The notes below the pieces were generated by a model, which made no database searches, had not been told where the DNA came from, and saw only the letters and a list, made by a program, of their open reading frames with translations. Shown here piece after piece: positions 13,968 through 26,523 of a DNA stretch of 64,000 nt. The stretch is from Lytechinus pictus (lineage: Eukaryota). The stretch covers positions 16,928,001 through 16,992,000 of the forward strand of contig NC_087252.1 in assembly GCF_037042905.1 (NCBI RefSeq), given 5' to 3'. The translations under genes and the position numbers were made by a program. Each line of letters starts with the position of its first letter. Position 1 is the stretch's first letter.

Positions 13968-15750
13968 GCCACGACTAGCCTTCAATAATTCCGCGGCTCG
14001 CTCTGGAAGAGTTAACATATACGTCGTGGTGCCTGTACTAGCTAGTTCCACTTGTCGTGCTGTTTTACTTCGATTTATTATTTTTATAAGCATGATAATG
14101 AAAGGCGTTCCTCTTTTATGTTCCTAGCAAAGCACGCTCTATATTGGAAACGACTACAGCTAGCTAGTATATGCTCGGCCGCATCGTGTCGCATGGCGAC
14201 CGAGTACAGATCAACAACCACGTGCGCACGATGTGATTATGACAACAATTCTCGATCTCGATATTAAAGTCGCGATGGTTCTTGATAGTTTCCGTTGTCA
14301 ACGAACTGAACTGAAAATTAACACTATCGATAGAAATACTGCCGATTTCGAAAATGTTGCAGCTTGTGAATTGAGATTGACACAGAAGATTCACACATGA
14401 AAAATAAGTTGAATTAATGACTTTTTTAACGTATGATTTTGGGGCCGGATACTGATGGATAATGCATTACACGCCTATTTTATCCCGTTTTATCCGAACG
14501 TCATCATTGCTTCTTAGCACTGACAACAAAAATATTAATTCTTGAGCATGAAAATCAAGAAGCGCAAGACCAACCGTTCGTTTTAAAAGAATATTAATGA
14601 TCGAGCAGTTGCACGAATGGTGCCCATGCATAGTTTTACCTCTATTGAGGCCATAGTTTGAGACATCTTGGTATGAATAGGCCTATATCATCCAACTCGC
14701 CGGATAATGTCCACCAAGAGCGTATAAATAGAGTGGTAGGCCTATTCATCTTTGCCATGGGAAGATATTAATATTTTTAGAGGCCAGATAAAATGAGACA
14801 ATATGAATATGATGCCCGAATGTAACTAAATTAGGGCGAACTATGATAGCAACGGCAGACTAAGTTTTGGAGAATGATAATGACGCCAAATCATTCAACA
14901 CGCTAAATCGCAAATCAACAAAATGTCTACTTCTTTTTATTTTGTTTGACATCATGCTGCCTTCCTTTTTATGTTAAATTGATATACTTCCTTTTATGTT
15001 ATTTTTGTTTTTATGTTTTTGACATTTTGATTTTGTTTCTGACATCATATAATTTGTTTGGGTATATTTGTTTTTTGTTGTTGTAACTTTTGCCGAATTT
15101 TTGATATTGTAGGCACTCTTGATTCTTGAAAATTATTGGGAACGCAATCTGCTTCTGTGGGACTTTATTGGAAAAATACGCGAATTGTATTTCTTTTAGG
15201 AGAATAAGAGTTTACATTGGGAGGTTTTAATTATATTTATATAATTTATTTCCACTTCAAAACAATTTCGAAAATACGTCTCGAACGATCGTGCATTATA
15301 ATCTAAGATGCCGAGTACTTTTATTTCAACGTATTTCCCTTTCTGACTTTATTGGAAAGATAAGCGAATAATATTTATTTCAGGATAAATAGTTTATGGT
15401 ATCTGAAATAAATTCTATATAATTTCCACCTCAAATAATTTTAAAATACGTTCCGATCGTTCATGAGCTGATCTGAGACGTTGAGACCATTATCCAATGT
15501 ATTTAGAATTTAGATTTCTGACTTAATTGAAAAGAGACGTGAATTGTACTATAGGGTTAGGAGGGTTTTTAGGAGAGAGTTTATTCTAGAAGGTAATTAA
15601 ATTATTTCAATATAATTTCCAAATCAAAACAATTTTGAAATAATTTCTGTCCCGAACGATTTTCAATTAATCTGAGACGTTTAATTCTTTTTATTCAAAC
15701 CCTTACCTTTTACCGGACCTAATAAACCGGCCAAAGTCAACGATCAGCAC

Positions 15751-16027
15751 CATTAGCGTACCAAATAAGGGGGGGGGGCAGACTTCCCCCCCTGACGAGT
15801 CACAGCACATGCAAGTGACGTATCCCTGCCCCCCCCCCCTGACGAGTCAAAAGTGATACCTGACGGGCCATAAGTGACCCCTCTCCTAATGTGAAGACCT
15901 TTTTTTGCTTGTCTTTTTTTTCTTGCGCGAAATGTCATTTACTTGTGGTTCAAGACCTTTTTTGTTTGTCAAATTTTGGGGCGGACGAATTTGCACCCCC
16001 TTTGAAAAATCTAGGTATACGCCACTA
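15751..16027. mobile_element. Small hAT-like MITE
   Basis: Degenerate CAGTGGCGTA-type ends with a perfect 8-bp TSD ATCAGCAC. Confidence 0.75.
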
Positions 16028-18799
16028 ATCAGCACTACTATTTATACCTCGGTCACATTTGCTCTACAGCGGCTGTACGGCGAGTCGAAAACAGCCGTTT
16101 TAACATTTTTGAACCAGCTGCAAATACATGGTTTGTATTTTAAAAAATGAATAAACGGCTGTTTTAATTACTAAATTACTAATTTTCCCGACAAAGTCGA
16201 AAAGGCATTTTTTAATGGAATAAAAGTCGCAAAATTTCTTATTCTTGATCCAATCCAGCATGAGATGAAAGTATTTCAGTATGGAATATCGAGTTAAAAG
16301 ATATCCTCTGTCAATAAAAATATATTTGAAGACTTTCGATGTGGAAATAATTGATTTTTGTAGGATTATGAATATCTATATCTTCCAACAATATACGATT
16401 GTTGTTCTTGATCCGTCCCGTTATAAAATGATGGTCGACTTCAAGAAAATCGTAGATATACCTATACAGAGTTTCGATCTAGATGATACTTCTAAAAGGT
16501 TTCGAATCGGAAAGAGATCCGACCCGACATAAAATGGCGGTATGAAGTTGACAAATATCGAGTTCATAAAGATCTTAAATTATCAAAAATATACTTCTGA
16601 AGAGTTTTGGAACGGAAAGAATCTAATTCTCCCTACGCTATAATATCTACATCTTTTAACAAGATGCAACCATTGCTTGTTCTTGTTCCGATATGAAATT
16701 AAGTATAAAAAAGTTACTCCTCCCCCTAATCAAAATTACACTGCTGCCGCCCATCCTCCTACCCCGGATGCCGGGCAAGGGGATTTAAAAATATAGTAAT
16801 GTACATAAAATAATGATCCGCATAAATTATATTCATACAATTTGCGTTCAGAATTTTATATTGCTCTAGATGCACATCACAAGGCGGTAAATGAACGTGG
16901 ACTGAAAAAGGGACGATATGTTCTATTTCCACTCCATGCAGAATCATTGCCATGTTCGTGCCATTTCTAGTTAATTGATGCATACGCAATTGTTGATGAT
17001 TATTTTACATCTCTAACAATTTTGTCCAAAAAGCGTCACTTTTCTCCTGTATCTAATTTGTCAACAAAGTTAGAGCTGCAATGCTTTTATCCTTTCAACG
17101 ATAAAATGCGAAGAAACAATAGATTTAATTCCCTATAGAAATTAGAGCTATTGTGACAAGTTCGAGCAACTGGCACTTCGTCATTTCACAAAGGAGTGAT
17201 TAGTCCTCATGATCGAATTCATTGAGCCCGAGCTTCATTGAAAACAGTTGGCATCTCGGTTTTTTTTGTCTGGACGATCTTTGTGCATTTCTTGGCAAAA
17301 ATAACTATTACAAGATTTCTTTGAACAGGAGTGAAAGCAGGAAGCCTGACCAGGTTGACGTTATTCCAATAAACCCCAACATGAAACTATGAACAATGAG
17401 CACGCAATAAACAGACGAACATTATATTTCAAAAGTGTTTCGGGTAATTATAATTTTTCAATGTAATTTTAAAAATCGCGAGAGCAAAAGAAAGTGTGAA
17501 AATGGAGAAAAGCAAATAGAATGATTTAAAGGATGTTAAAAAAAAACAAATGTGAAAAATAGAACATGAAGATTTAAAGAACGGGATTTTAAAAATAGCG
17601 ACCAATTAAGCCGACATTATATGTTTTGGGTAGTTGGACATCAAACATGTGGTGGGGGGGGGGGGGACACGTCCTTCCAAAAGTCAGTTAAGCGTAGAGG
17701 ACACAAAATTGCCATACATGTACCTCCCTGCTCACCCCCACCCTCTCCCCCAACAAATGGAAGCTTTATTTCATTTGATTATTTACGAACGTTCTCACTT
17801 GTCAAAACTATCAAAATTGTCAAGGATCTGCCTTATAGAAAATTCAAGCGCACTTCGTGTCGTGTTCTCGTTATTGCGCCATTTACAAAGGCCAAATGAA
17901 ATTTGATCTTAGTTATATAGCAATATAATGAGGCATATCTCTTAAAGTAGCTGAAAAGGCGGCAAGGCATTGTGGCCCCGGGTAAATCTAGGAGTTACAC
18001 TCATAAGTGCCCACATGAGTATGGACTTGGTTTTATACCCCCCCTATTTTTAAGTTTATCTTTCTTTTAATTATGTTAACAATTTGCATAGATTTTGTAT
18101 CCCCACGCCGATACAAAAGGTAAGTTAGAATCAAAGTAATCCCGCCTTCTAACAAGGTATTCTGTTTGGATGCCTATTGACATTACCGCCCTAAAAAATA
18201 TAATTGTACATAATAATACCATAGAGCTATATATACTTTGTTGATTTCAACGTGCCCGGGATTTTATAGGTCTAATAAGTTTCGACCCCCCCCCCCCCCC
18301 TTTACATGAATTCGCCGACCAAGGGCAAAAAAGTAGAGACTCCACAGGATGTTCCTTCTTATCCCCTTTTAAGATTAACTGCATGATTAAGAAATACCTA
18401 ACAAAGGTGCTGTTTAAGTCATTAAAGATCAAAGCGTCATTTTGCTTTCACCATATAATGCGCGGCGAGTTCTTTTCAAAGAAAGTATCCGACTTAGATT
18501 ATATTGATTAATTATCATTGAAGGGTCATGGGCGTAGCGGACATAAATATTCTGCGAAAGATCCTGCTCTTTTCATTGCGCTTGAGCGTTTTTCATTAAA
18601 TTGATTAATTGTGTATACATGTACGTGTATGAAAACAGTCATAATGAATTGCGAAGAAGCACTATTATACTCACCTGCTGCGACCAAATTCAATGATTAT
18701 GTAAAAATGAAATGAAATTACTTGAATACTTTTGCATGAAATATTATGGCATAAAATCACAAATTTTGTAATTTGAACCATCAAATTAATGGCAAGGTG

Positions 18800-20080
18800 A
18801 ATTATATCATTCTAAAACAGGAACAAGCGATTATCGTACATTGGTGGAAGAAATAGTTAATTTTTAAGCAGGGTTAATTAGATATATATGAATCCTTCCA
18901 CCTTGAAACGTACTAGAAGTATTTCTTAGATCGTTTATAAGACAGTTTATGGCTCAATATTTCGCACATTTACACCTTCATTTCGTGTCGGAGCAGAAAT
19001 AAACAAACAAGCTATAATCGTTCATTGTTGGAAAATACCGTAGATTATTGCAAAAGGCAGTCAGATGCTTTCCGCCTCATAACTATTTAGAAATCTGCTA
19101 CCCGTTTTATCTAAAAACATTCCAAATATTTTGCTTCATTTCATGTCGGGTCGGATTCAAGAACAAGCTATCATCGTACATTGTTCGAAGAATAGAATAG
19201 TTATTTTATTTCCGCGTTAAATAATCTAGGACCCGTGTTATCTGTCAATATTCCAATATATTTTGTTTTATTAAATGTCTGGTCGAATTCAAGAGCAAGC
19301 GATTATCGTACATCGTTCAAAGAAATACGTAATTATTTCGCAAGTTTAATTATATGAATACGAATCTTTCCACCTAAAAACGGACCAGAATTATTTCTAA
19401 ACCATTTAAGACACTTTTAGCTCAACATTTCATTCTTTTATACCTTCACTTCGTGCCCGAGCGGAAACAAACACACAGGCGATAATCGTACAATGTTGGA
19501 AAATACCATAAATTATTACGAAAGGTAATTAGATTCTTCCCGCCTTAAAACTATTTAAAAGTATATTTAGAATAATCTACGACCCGTGTTATCAATTAAC
19601 ATTCCATGTATTTTGTTTTATTAAATGTCTGGTCGAATTCAAGAACAAGCGATTATCGTACATTGTTCGAAGAAATACGTAATTAATTCGCAAGTTTAAT
19701 TACATGAATACGAATCTTTCCACATTGAAACGTACCAGAAATATTTTTTAAAGTTTTTAAGACACTTGTTAGCTCAATATTTCATTCTTTAATACTTTCA
19801 TTTCGTGCCAAAACGGACCCAAACAAACACGCAAGCGATAATTTTACATTGCTAGAAGATTCTATGCCCTATTTCATGTCGGGTCGGATTAAAAACAAGT
19901 GATGATTGTACTTTTTTGGAAAAAAATAGATAATTATTACGCAAGGGAAATAATATAAAACTCATGTCAATATGAATCTTTCCACCTCGAAACGTACAAG
20001 AAGCATTTTGCTAAAAATCTAAGAGTCTTTTTAGCTCAATATTTCATAATTTAATACCTCCATTTCGTGTCGGGCGGACA
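18800..20080. repeat. Degenerate ~170-bp tandem array with ~350-bp higher-order pairing, inside the Harbinger element
   Basis: AACAAGCGATTATCGTACATTG-like cores at ~18821, 19006, 19162, 19295, 19476, 19643, 19832 and 19894. Related inverted copies at ~16240-16700. A separate 3-unit ~180-bp array lies at 15150-15700. Confidence 0.7.
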
Positions 20081-23000
20081 AGAAAAATCGCCGCATCGGT
20101 CGCGCACATTTCACCAACGGAAATATAAAAAAGCACATCATTTGAGTACGAGTATTCGCTTGCAAGTTGGCCGCGTGCAAGCTGCGAGAAGCGGCGAGAA
20201 GCTGCAAGGATAAAATCTAGGATTAGATTCTTGTTAATCTGCTTTAATCTGAGCAGCGCGCCGCCGCTAGCTGCGTCTAGCGGGGAGATACATCCTGTTC
20301 ACTAATTACCGCAGCGGGGGTGTGCTCGCCGGGTGCACGCTGCCAATACAATATGGATGCTTTCCCTTAAGGAAGTTATTGCCATTTTACAAATTTGATA
20401 TTTAGCATCTTTATAAATATGAAGTTTTTGAACGTATGCTATATTCGATTTGAATTTGGGTGAAGACGGCATTCTTGCAAGTCATATATATATTTTATTT
20501 TTTTTGAAAGAGGAACTCGACAGCAGTTATTAGTAGTCTGAAGTATGCAGGATAAGGGAGTGACGATAGTCTGCTATGCAGACTCTGAATGGCTCGTGAG
20601 GTGGGATCTGCTGGTTTGCGAAGCAAACCAGCCCGAAAGGGCGAGCGAAGCGAGCCACTTCTGCAGCCTCAGTAGACATAGTCTGCTATGCAGACTCGTT
20701 GAATCAGCTGAGGTACACACACTGCAGATGTGGGTCTATATTTGTAGACTAGAGTGAGGACGGGATGAGGAATGGTATGCAATTGGACTTGAAATTTACA
20801 AAATGTCGCCTGGATGGTTAATGCATGGGTGATTTTGGAAAATGGAATACGAGGTCCACGAGGTTTGGGGGTGCTGGACAACATGCCTACCAAATTTGGA
20901 GAGATTTGGAAGAGGGACGTAGCCTGGCAGGGTAAACAAACTATGTGTTAAATCATGGACCTAAGAAGAGAAGGACGATTAACGCGAGCAATTATTTGGT
21001 CCAATGATAGACACCGTCGCCTGGTTATGCGCATCTTAATGAGAACATACAGGTGTTGTAACAATAGCAATTATCGTGACTACCAAGACGTATCTGATCA
21101 CCCAAAGACGGAACAGTTTCCCGGTCTTGATTTTTGTTGGCTGATACCCTGTTTCAGCATGTGCCTTTCAGTCAACATGCTTCATATTTGGAGCAGCAAA
21201 CTTGAAAAGCAGACGATCTTTATGATATAAAATATGATATTATTCGATCCGCTAACTACCGCTCACACATAAAGACTTCAATAACATTGACAGATACACG
21301 ATCTATAAATGTTATGTACCACGTATATCTGGAATATTATGGAGAAACTTGGGAAAATTAAATTTTAAATGGTAAACAATCAATCACAATATTGCCTCTA
21401 TATTACAATATGAAGACATTTCCCCAAATAAAACACATGGAACTAAGATTACCAAATGTAAAAAGAACTGCACATCGATTTTCCATGATTTAAGTGATTT
21501 GTTGTCTATTGCGCATATAATTTGTGAAATATAAATGTCCAGTCACGAACTGCTTCCGTCCCTTCTCACGGTGACGATCATTGAACCAAAGAAGACTAGT
21601 ATGAAGAGAATGTTATTCAGAGGACAATTACAGTCACCTGTTAGTGAATTCATTAAGTAAGCGATGGATGTCCATCTCTTCATAGGTCCATGGTTAAATG
21701 AATGGGATTCTTGGCGGAAGAAGAAAAGGATTACGGAATATAAATTCGGAACAAGAACAAGGCATTACCGCCCATGGAAGTTAATGCAATTATTTTGCTT
21801 TTTAATTAATCACCCATCTTTTTTTTCCTTTTATTTATACATATATACATTTTATTAATTTCATTTATTATTATTCATTTATTTTTTTTTATTTTTATTT
21901 TTTTTTTTTTGGGGGGGGGGTGTTTTGCTACTTCTATACATTTTCAGACAACGGACTGAGGCGCCGCTCTGGGCGGCGGTATATCGGCGGTCAACCGAAA
22001 ATATATAAAAATACATGTAGGTCCAACTCAATACCATACTCACAGGATGCTTGCATATCCTAGCCTTGGTCTCTCGTGGATCTACCAAGGAACCATGGTC
22101 TACTGCATTCGAGGGTCCGTTTCAGATCAACTCCGTCAGTCAAGCTCATTAAAGATTAAAACCCCTCTAGTCATGAACATTACTTGGACAAAAGAAGTTA
22201 CATTTTCAGGTATAATTGCCAACTGATTGCAATTATATGAACTCCACGCACAAACTGCAGTCAAGTTCTGCGGCCCCGACTTTTTCCGCGAATACCGACT
22301 CGCCTGCACCTTCATTCCTTTATAACCACATGCAGCATGCCAAATATTTCCAATAGTATCTGGCCAGTATATGTTTGTAGTAAGGTAGGAATCTTTTGTC
22401 TATAATCTGCGAGGCAAAACTAATGAAGAAGAAGAATGAACATATCTCATCCTTGCGGCATCAACTGTAGCTTTAAACTAGGATGCTCTCCACCTCGATA
22501 TCCTTGCTTAGTCAGTCACCAGTTCGTATAAATCCACCAAGTACATCATAAATCCGAGAAATTTGGATTTCTCCTTGGTTTCCACTAAACAGCTCAAATC
22601 GGGCTCCCCAACGAGTATTGCTGAAACCATGCAGATCCTTTGCGAAATTTCAACTTGAGACCCAGAATTAGCAGGTCAAACCGATGTAACATGCAAAAGA
22701 TTTGAAATTCCATTTGATTTGAATCGAAGCAGGGGCCGCCGCGATACGATGAATCCTATTGCTGTTGATTTTAGCTCCAATATCGAGTCCGAGATGGAAT
22801 TAAAATTGGGATGATTCACACATAACAAGTGTTCTCAACGAAACCACAACTCAAAATGATTATATTCCCTCAGTAACTCATGCTGAATGCAAGTAAAGGC
22901 TTCTTTCCCACGCCTCTGATGCGCGGTAACTTCCCGAGGAATTCTGTTTTGTAAACATCGCGGCAGTACAAACAGGCGGCCGCTTTATATGGAGCGCCGC

Positions 23001-24271
23001 TACTCGCGGCAGCTTTGTGAGCGGTTTCGTTTGATCTAGGTGACCGCAAGTACTTATCACAGCCGCAAAAAGAACTGCCGCTCCGCGCAACTACCGCGCG
23101 ACAAAATGTGCAAATTGCGACTGTAAATCATTTGAGCGATTAAACACCGCTAAAATTTATTATTGTTCTGCTCTGAAGCGCCTTGAGCTTCTAATCAAGA
23201 TTGAGTGTATGTAGACAAATCTATGTTTTATTATCATTATCAAAGTTAAAGATGGCAGAGGCAAACATGAAAGATAAATGGGGTGTTGGTTTGTTCAAAA
23301 GCAAAGAAAAAGGTTTTCACTCCAAAATAAAAGGGCGTTTTGTTCAGAAGGGGAAAAGTGACCCAAAAAGCGATTTATTCCTACTTAATGATGTTCATTT
23401 AGGGCAGAGAAATACAACAAAAATAGTAGCAATTAGATAATAAATACAGTTTTTTTCTTCTGTCTAAAAATAACAGAGATTTGTGTCCAATCTCTACAAT
23501 TTAGCATTATACCAACCTAATTTTCAGGTGGGTGCTGCTTATGGTGTATAAAATACAAAACTGCACTCCCGATTCCAAAGGTTAGATCATCAAGGCATTT
23601 ATATATTCAATATCATATTGGATGCAGTGGTAAAAGTTTAGGGTCTTCATTTATTCAAAGAGTCTGAACCAGACCCTCGATCAATCCCTAACTGTTTTAC
23701 CACGCAAAACAAGAATATTATTGATTTTCATAAGTTACAAATTGAGGGTATAACCTGGGAATGCATGCTTATTGTTATTCAAATGTTTAAAAAGACTAGT
23801 ACAGACGGCATACAAAAAAGGACTAAATATTTAATCACAATCGATCGTGACAATTTCAACGTTTAAGCTTTCTCCTCTATATTCTCTGTTTTTCCCGCCC
23901 CCAAACCATCTCTGTACGTCCACCTCTCTCATGTATACTCCTCCTCTTTTTTATCGGTAAACTTGGCAAAGATTTAGATCAAAAGAACCAGCCAGAAAAA
24001 ATGAAATGTTATTAAAAGATGAATGAGAATAGTGCAGTTTCATTTTGCTTCTGATAAATTAAGTGAAGAAATATCTGTCCATTCAATTCTTTAAAAAAAT
24101 GTCTTGAATGTACATCTCCATCAAATTCGTAAATAGCATTGTTAGGCCGATGAAGATATAATTATATGATGAAATGCCTAATCGTGACATGCACTACTTG
24201 CGGGGGCTTTTCGACAATTTATTACATGGAGGTTGACGACTGGCCTATGGTCGTCAACGTCTATTTTCTTA

Positions 24272-24370
24272 TTTCTGCCATTTGTACCTCTGCCATCATT
24301 ACCCCTGCCATTTTTACCTTTGCCATTATTACCGCTGCCATTATTACCACTGCCATTTTTACACCGAACC
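24272..24370. repeat. 15-bp minisatellite (CTGCCATTATTACC-like), ~6 units
   Basis: Direct reading; capped by ACACCGAACC. Confidence 0.75.
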
Positions 24371-24409
24371 TTAAAAAGTCTCTAGGACAGTTTACCTGGC
24401 TTTTAAGCA

Positions 24410-26460
24410 ATCAATCCAATCAATTAAATCAATTTAAAAAATCAATCAATCAATCAATCATTCATTCAATCAATCAATCAATCAATCGTCGATCGATCGA
24501 TTGATCGATCGATCGATCGATCAATCAATCAATCAATCACCCAATCACTCACTCAATCAATCAAACAATAAAGCAACAGAACAAAATTCTTATTTTAAAC
24601 AACGCAATTCCAACAGTGCATGTAGAACGCTATGCTGGTAGAGCACCCTAACATATAGTGCGTCCCAGGAAAAAAGAAACCGAGATTAAGCGATGATTTA
24701 TCATAACTTAATCACAAATATAATGGACAAATGACCTACCATTGTAAAGCTTAGAATCTATTCTTTCATGTGAAATTACTTAGAATTTTTCTCATGTACA
24801 CATGAGTGAGCAAAAACAATTTGAAGAGGGGATACCAAAAAGTCATTTGGCGGGCTGTATCTGGGTTTCAAAAAGAAAACCACATTGTTAAAATGTTCAA
24901 TATGTGCTCTTTAATTTGATACCTCAATTACAGAAAATGGTCGAGAAATAACTAAGTTCTGGTTATTTGAAATAAGGCTTAAATTTCAATAATTTCATAA
25001 AATGAAGAGGTTCTACAGGCAAGCGTTCAAACTCACTTGACACTCCGTTTTGTTGACGATCAGCCATGCATTAAGTCTTATGTTAACCATGCGATAGCTT
25101 CTGTGGGAAACCGGTGAAACACGTTTATTTAATGAAATTATGGAAATACAAGCATTGTTTCGAGGGAACATAACTTTTTTACTTCTTGACCATTTTTGTG
25201 ATTAACGTATCAAATTAAAGAGCAAATATTGAACTTTTTAGGCATGTGAGTTTCTTTTTGAAATTCAGATATCCCCCCGCCAAATGAGTTTTTTGTATCC
25301 TTTGTTCAAATTCGTTTGCTCACTCATGCGGGAATGAGGAATAATCTAAGTAATATCAGATGAAAGAGGAGATTCTAAGCTTTACATTGGTAGGTCATTT
25401 GTCTATTGTATTTGTGATTAAGTTATGTTAAATCATCGCTTAATCTCGGTTTCGTTTTTTCTGGGACGCACTGTATTAGGGGTTTTGTAAACAACTTCTG
25501 TGTAGAATTGGAAGAAAAAGTACCTCCAACCTTAAATAATTTTGTATCGATTTCAGATTTAGTTTCTTTTTAAGTGTAAACGTGTTATTTCTTTATATTC
25601 ATGGTATGAAAGAACCAATACGGTATTTTGCTTGAGATCAGCGTTATAAAAAGAAGGGGGAAAATAAATTTAAAGTGAAATGAACCGTATTCATTGGGTT
25701 AACATTATTTGCAAAATGTATTATTTGCGCCAGCTAAGTGACACACAAATTTTGCTGGTGCCCCCGAATGCCGTGGCCCACGATACGCCACTGACCATGT
25801 TCTTGTACTTGTCGTACTTAATACATTTTGTTGTTACAAAAATGTATTTATATGAATAGGAGCCACTGGAAACGATTCTCTCGGCTTTCATTGTATTACA
25901 TATATAGCATTATCCTTGAATAAAATATATGAATCAATCAAGCAATTCAATCAATTAATCAATCAATCAATCAATCCAATCAATTAATCAATCAATTAAT
26001 CAATCAAAAAATCAATCAATCAATCAATCATCGATCGATCTATCTATCATTCAATCAAACAATAAACGCATCCATCCATCCATCAATCAAACAATCCATC
26101 CATCCATCAATAAATCAATATATCAAACAATCAAGCAACAGAACAGAACTCTTATTTTAAAAAACGCAATTCCAACAATGCATGTAGAACGCTATGCTGG
26201 TAAAGCGCCTTAACATATATTAGGGGTTTTGTAAACAACTTTTATGTACAATTGTGAGAAAAAATACCTCCAACCTTGAATAATTTTGTTTCGATTACAG
26301 ATTTAGTTTCTTTTTTTTAGCCTAAACGTGATATTTATTTATATTCATGTTATGAAAGAACAAATACGGATATTTGCTAGAGATCCGTGATATAAAACGA
26401 AAAAGAAAAAAAATCTAAATTGAAATGAACCGTATTCATTGTGTTAACATTATTTGCAAA
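24410..26460. repeat. Local duplication: (AATC/GATC)n microsatellite plus ~330 bp of unique sequence, two copies
   Basis: 24570-24655 + 25474-25715 match 26132-26460. Confidence 0.85.
24656..25473. mobile_element. Tc1/mariner-like MITE with ~350-bp imperfect TIRs
   Basis: (C/T)AGTGCGTCCCAG termini with TA on both sides. The paralogous duplicate at ~26215 lacks the element. Confidence 0.88.
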
Positions 26461-26523
26461 TTTTTGTCAATAATTTACACTGGAACTTCACATCTTGTTT
26501 ATAATTAGGACTACTACTACTAC

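Larger units (their letters stand above)
12251..20366. mobile_element. 8.1-kb non-autonomous PIF/Harbinger-like element
   Basis: 43-bp TIR GGGAA(T/A)GCATCCA(C/T)ATTGTATTGGCAGCGTGCACCCGGCGAGC with TTA on both flanks. GCAGC/GCTGC-rich subtermini. The host 151-bp repeat unit resumes at 20370. No transposase ORF seen. Confidence 0.85.

Noticed and set aside
15792..15850. Hammerhead-like CTGACGA-GTCAC…GTGAC
   Set aside because: The stem is followed by GTAT instead of the required GAAA and there is no stem III; these are TGACG repeats inside a hAT MITE.
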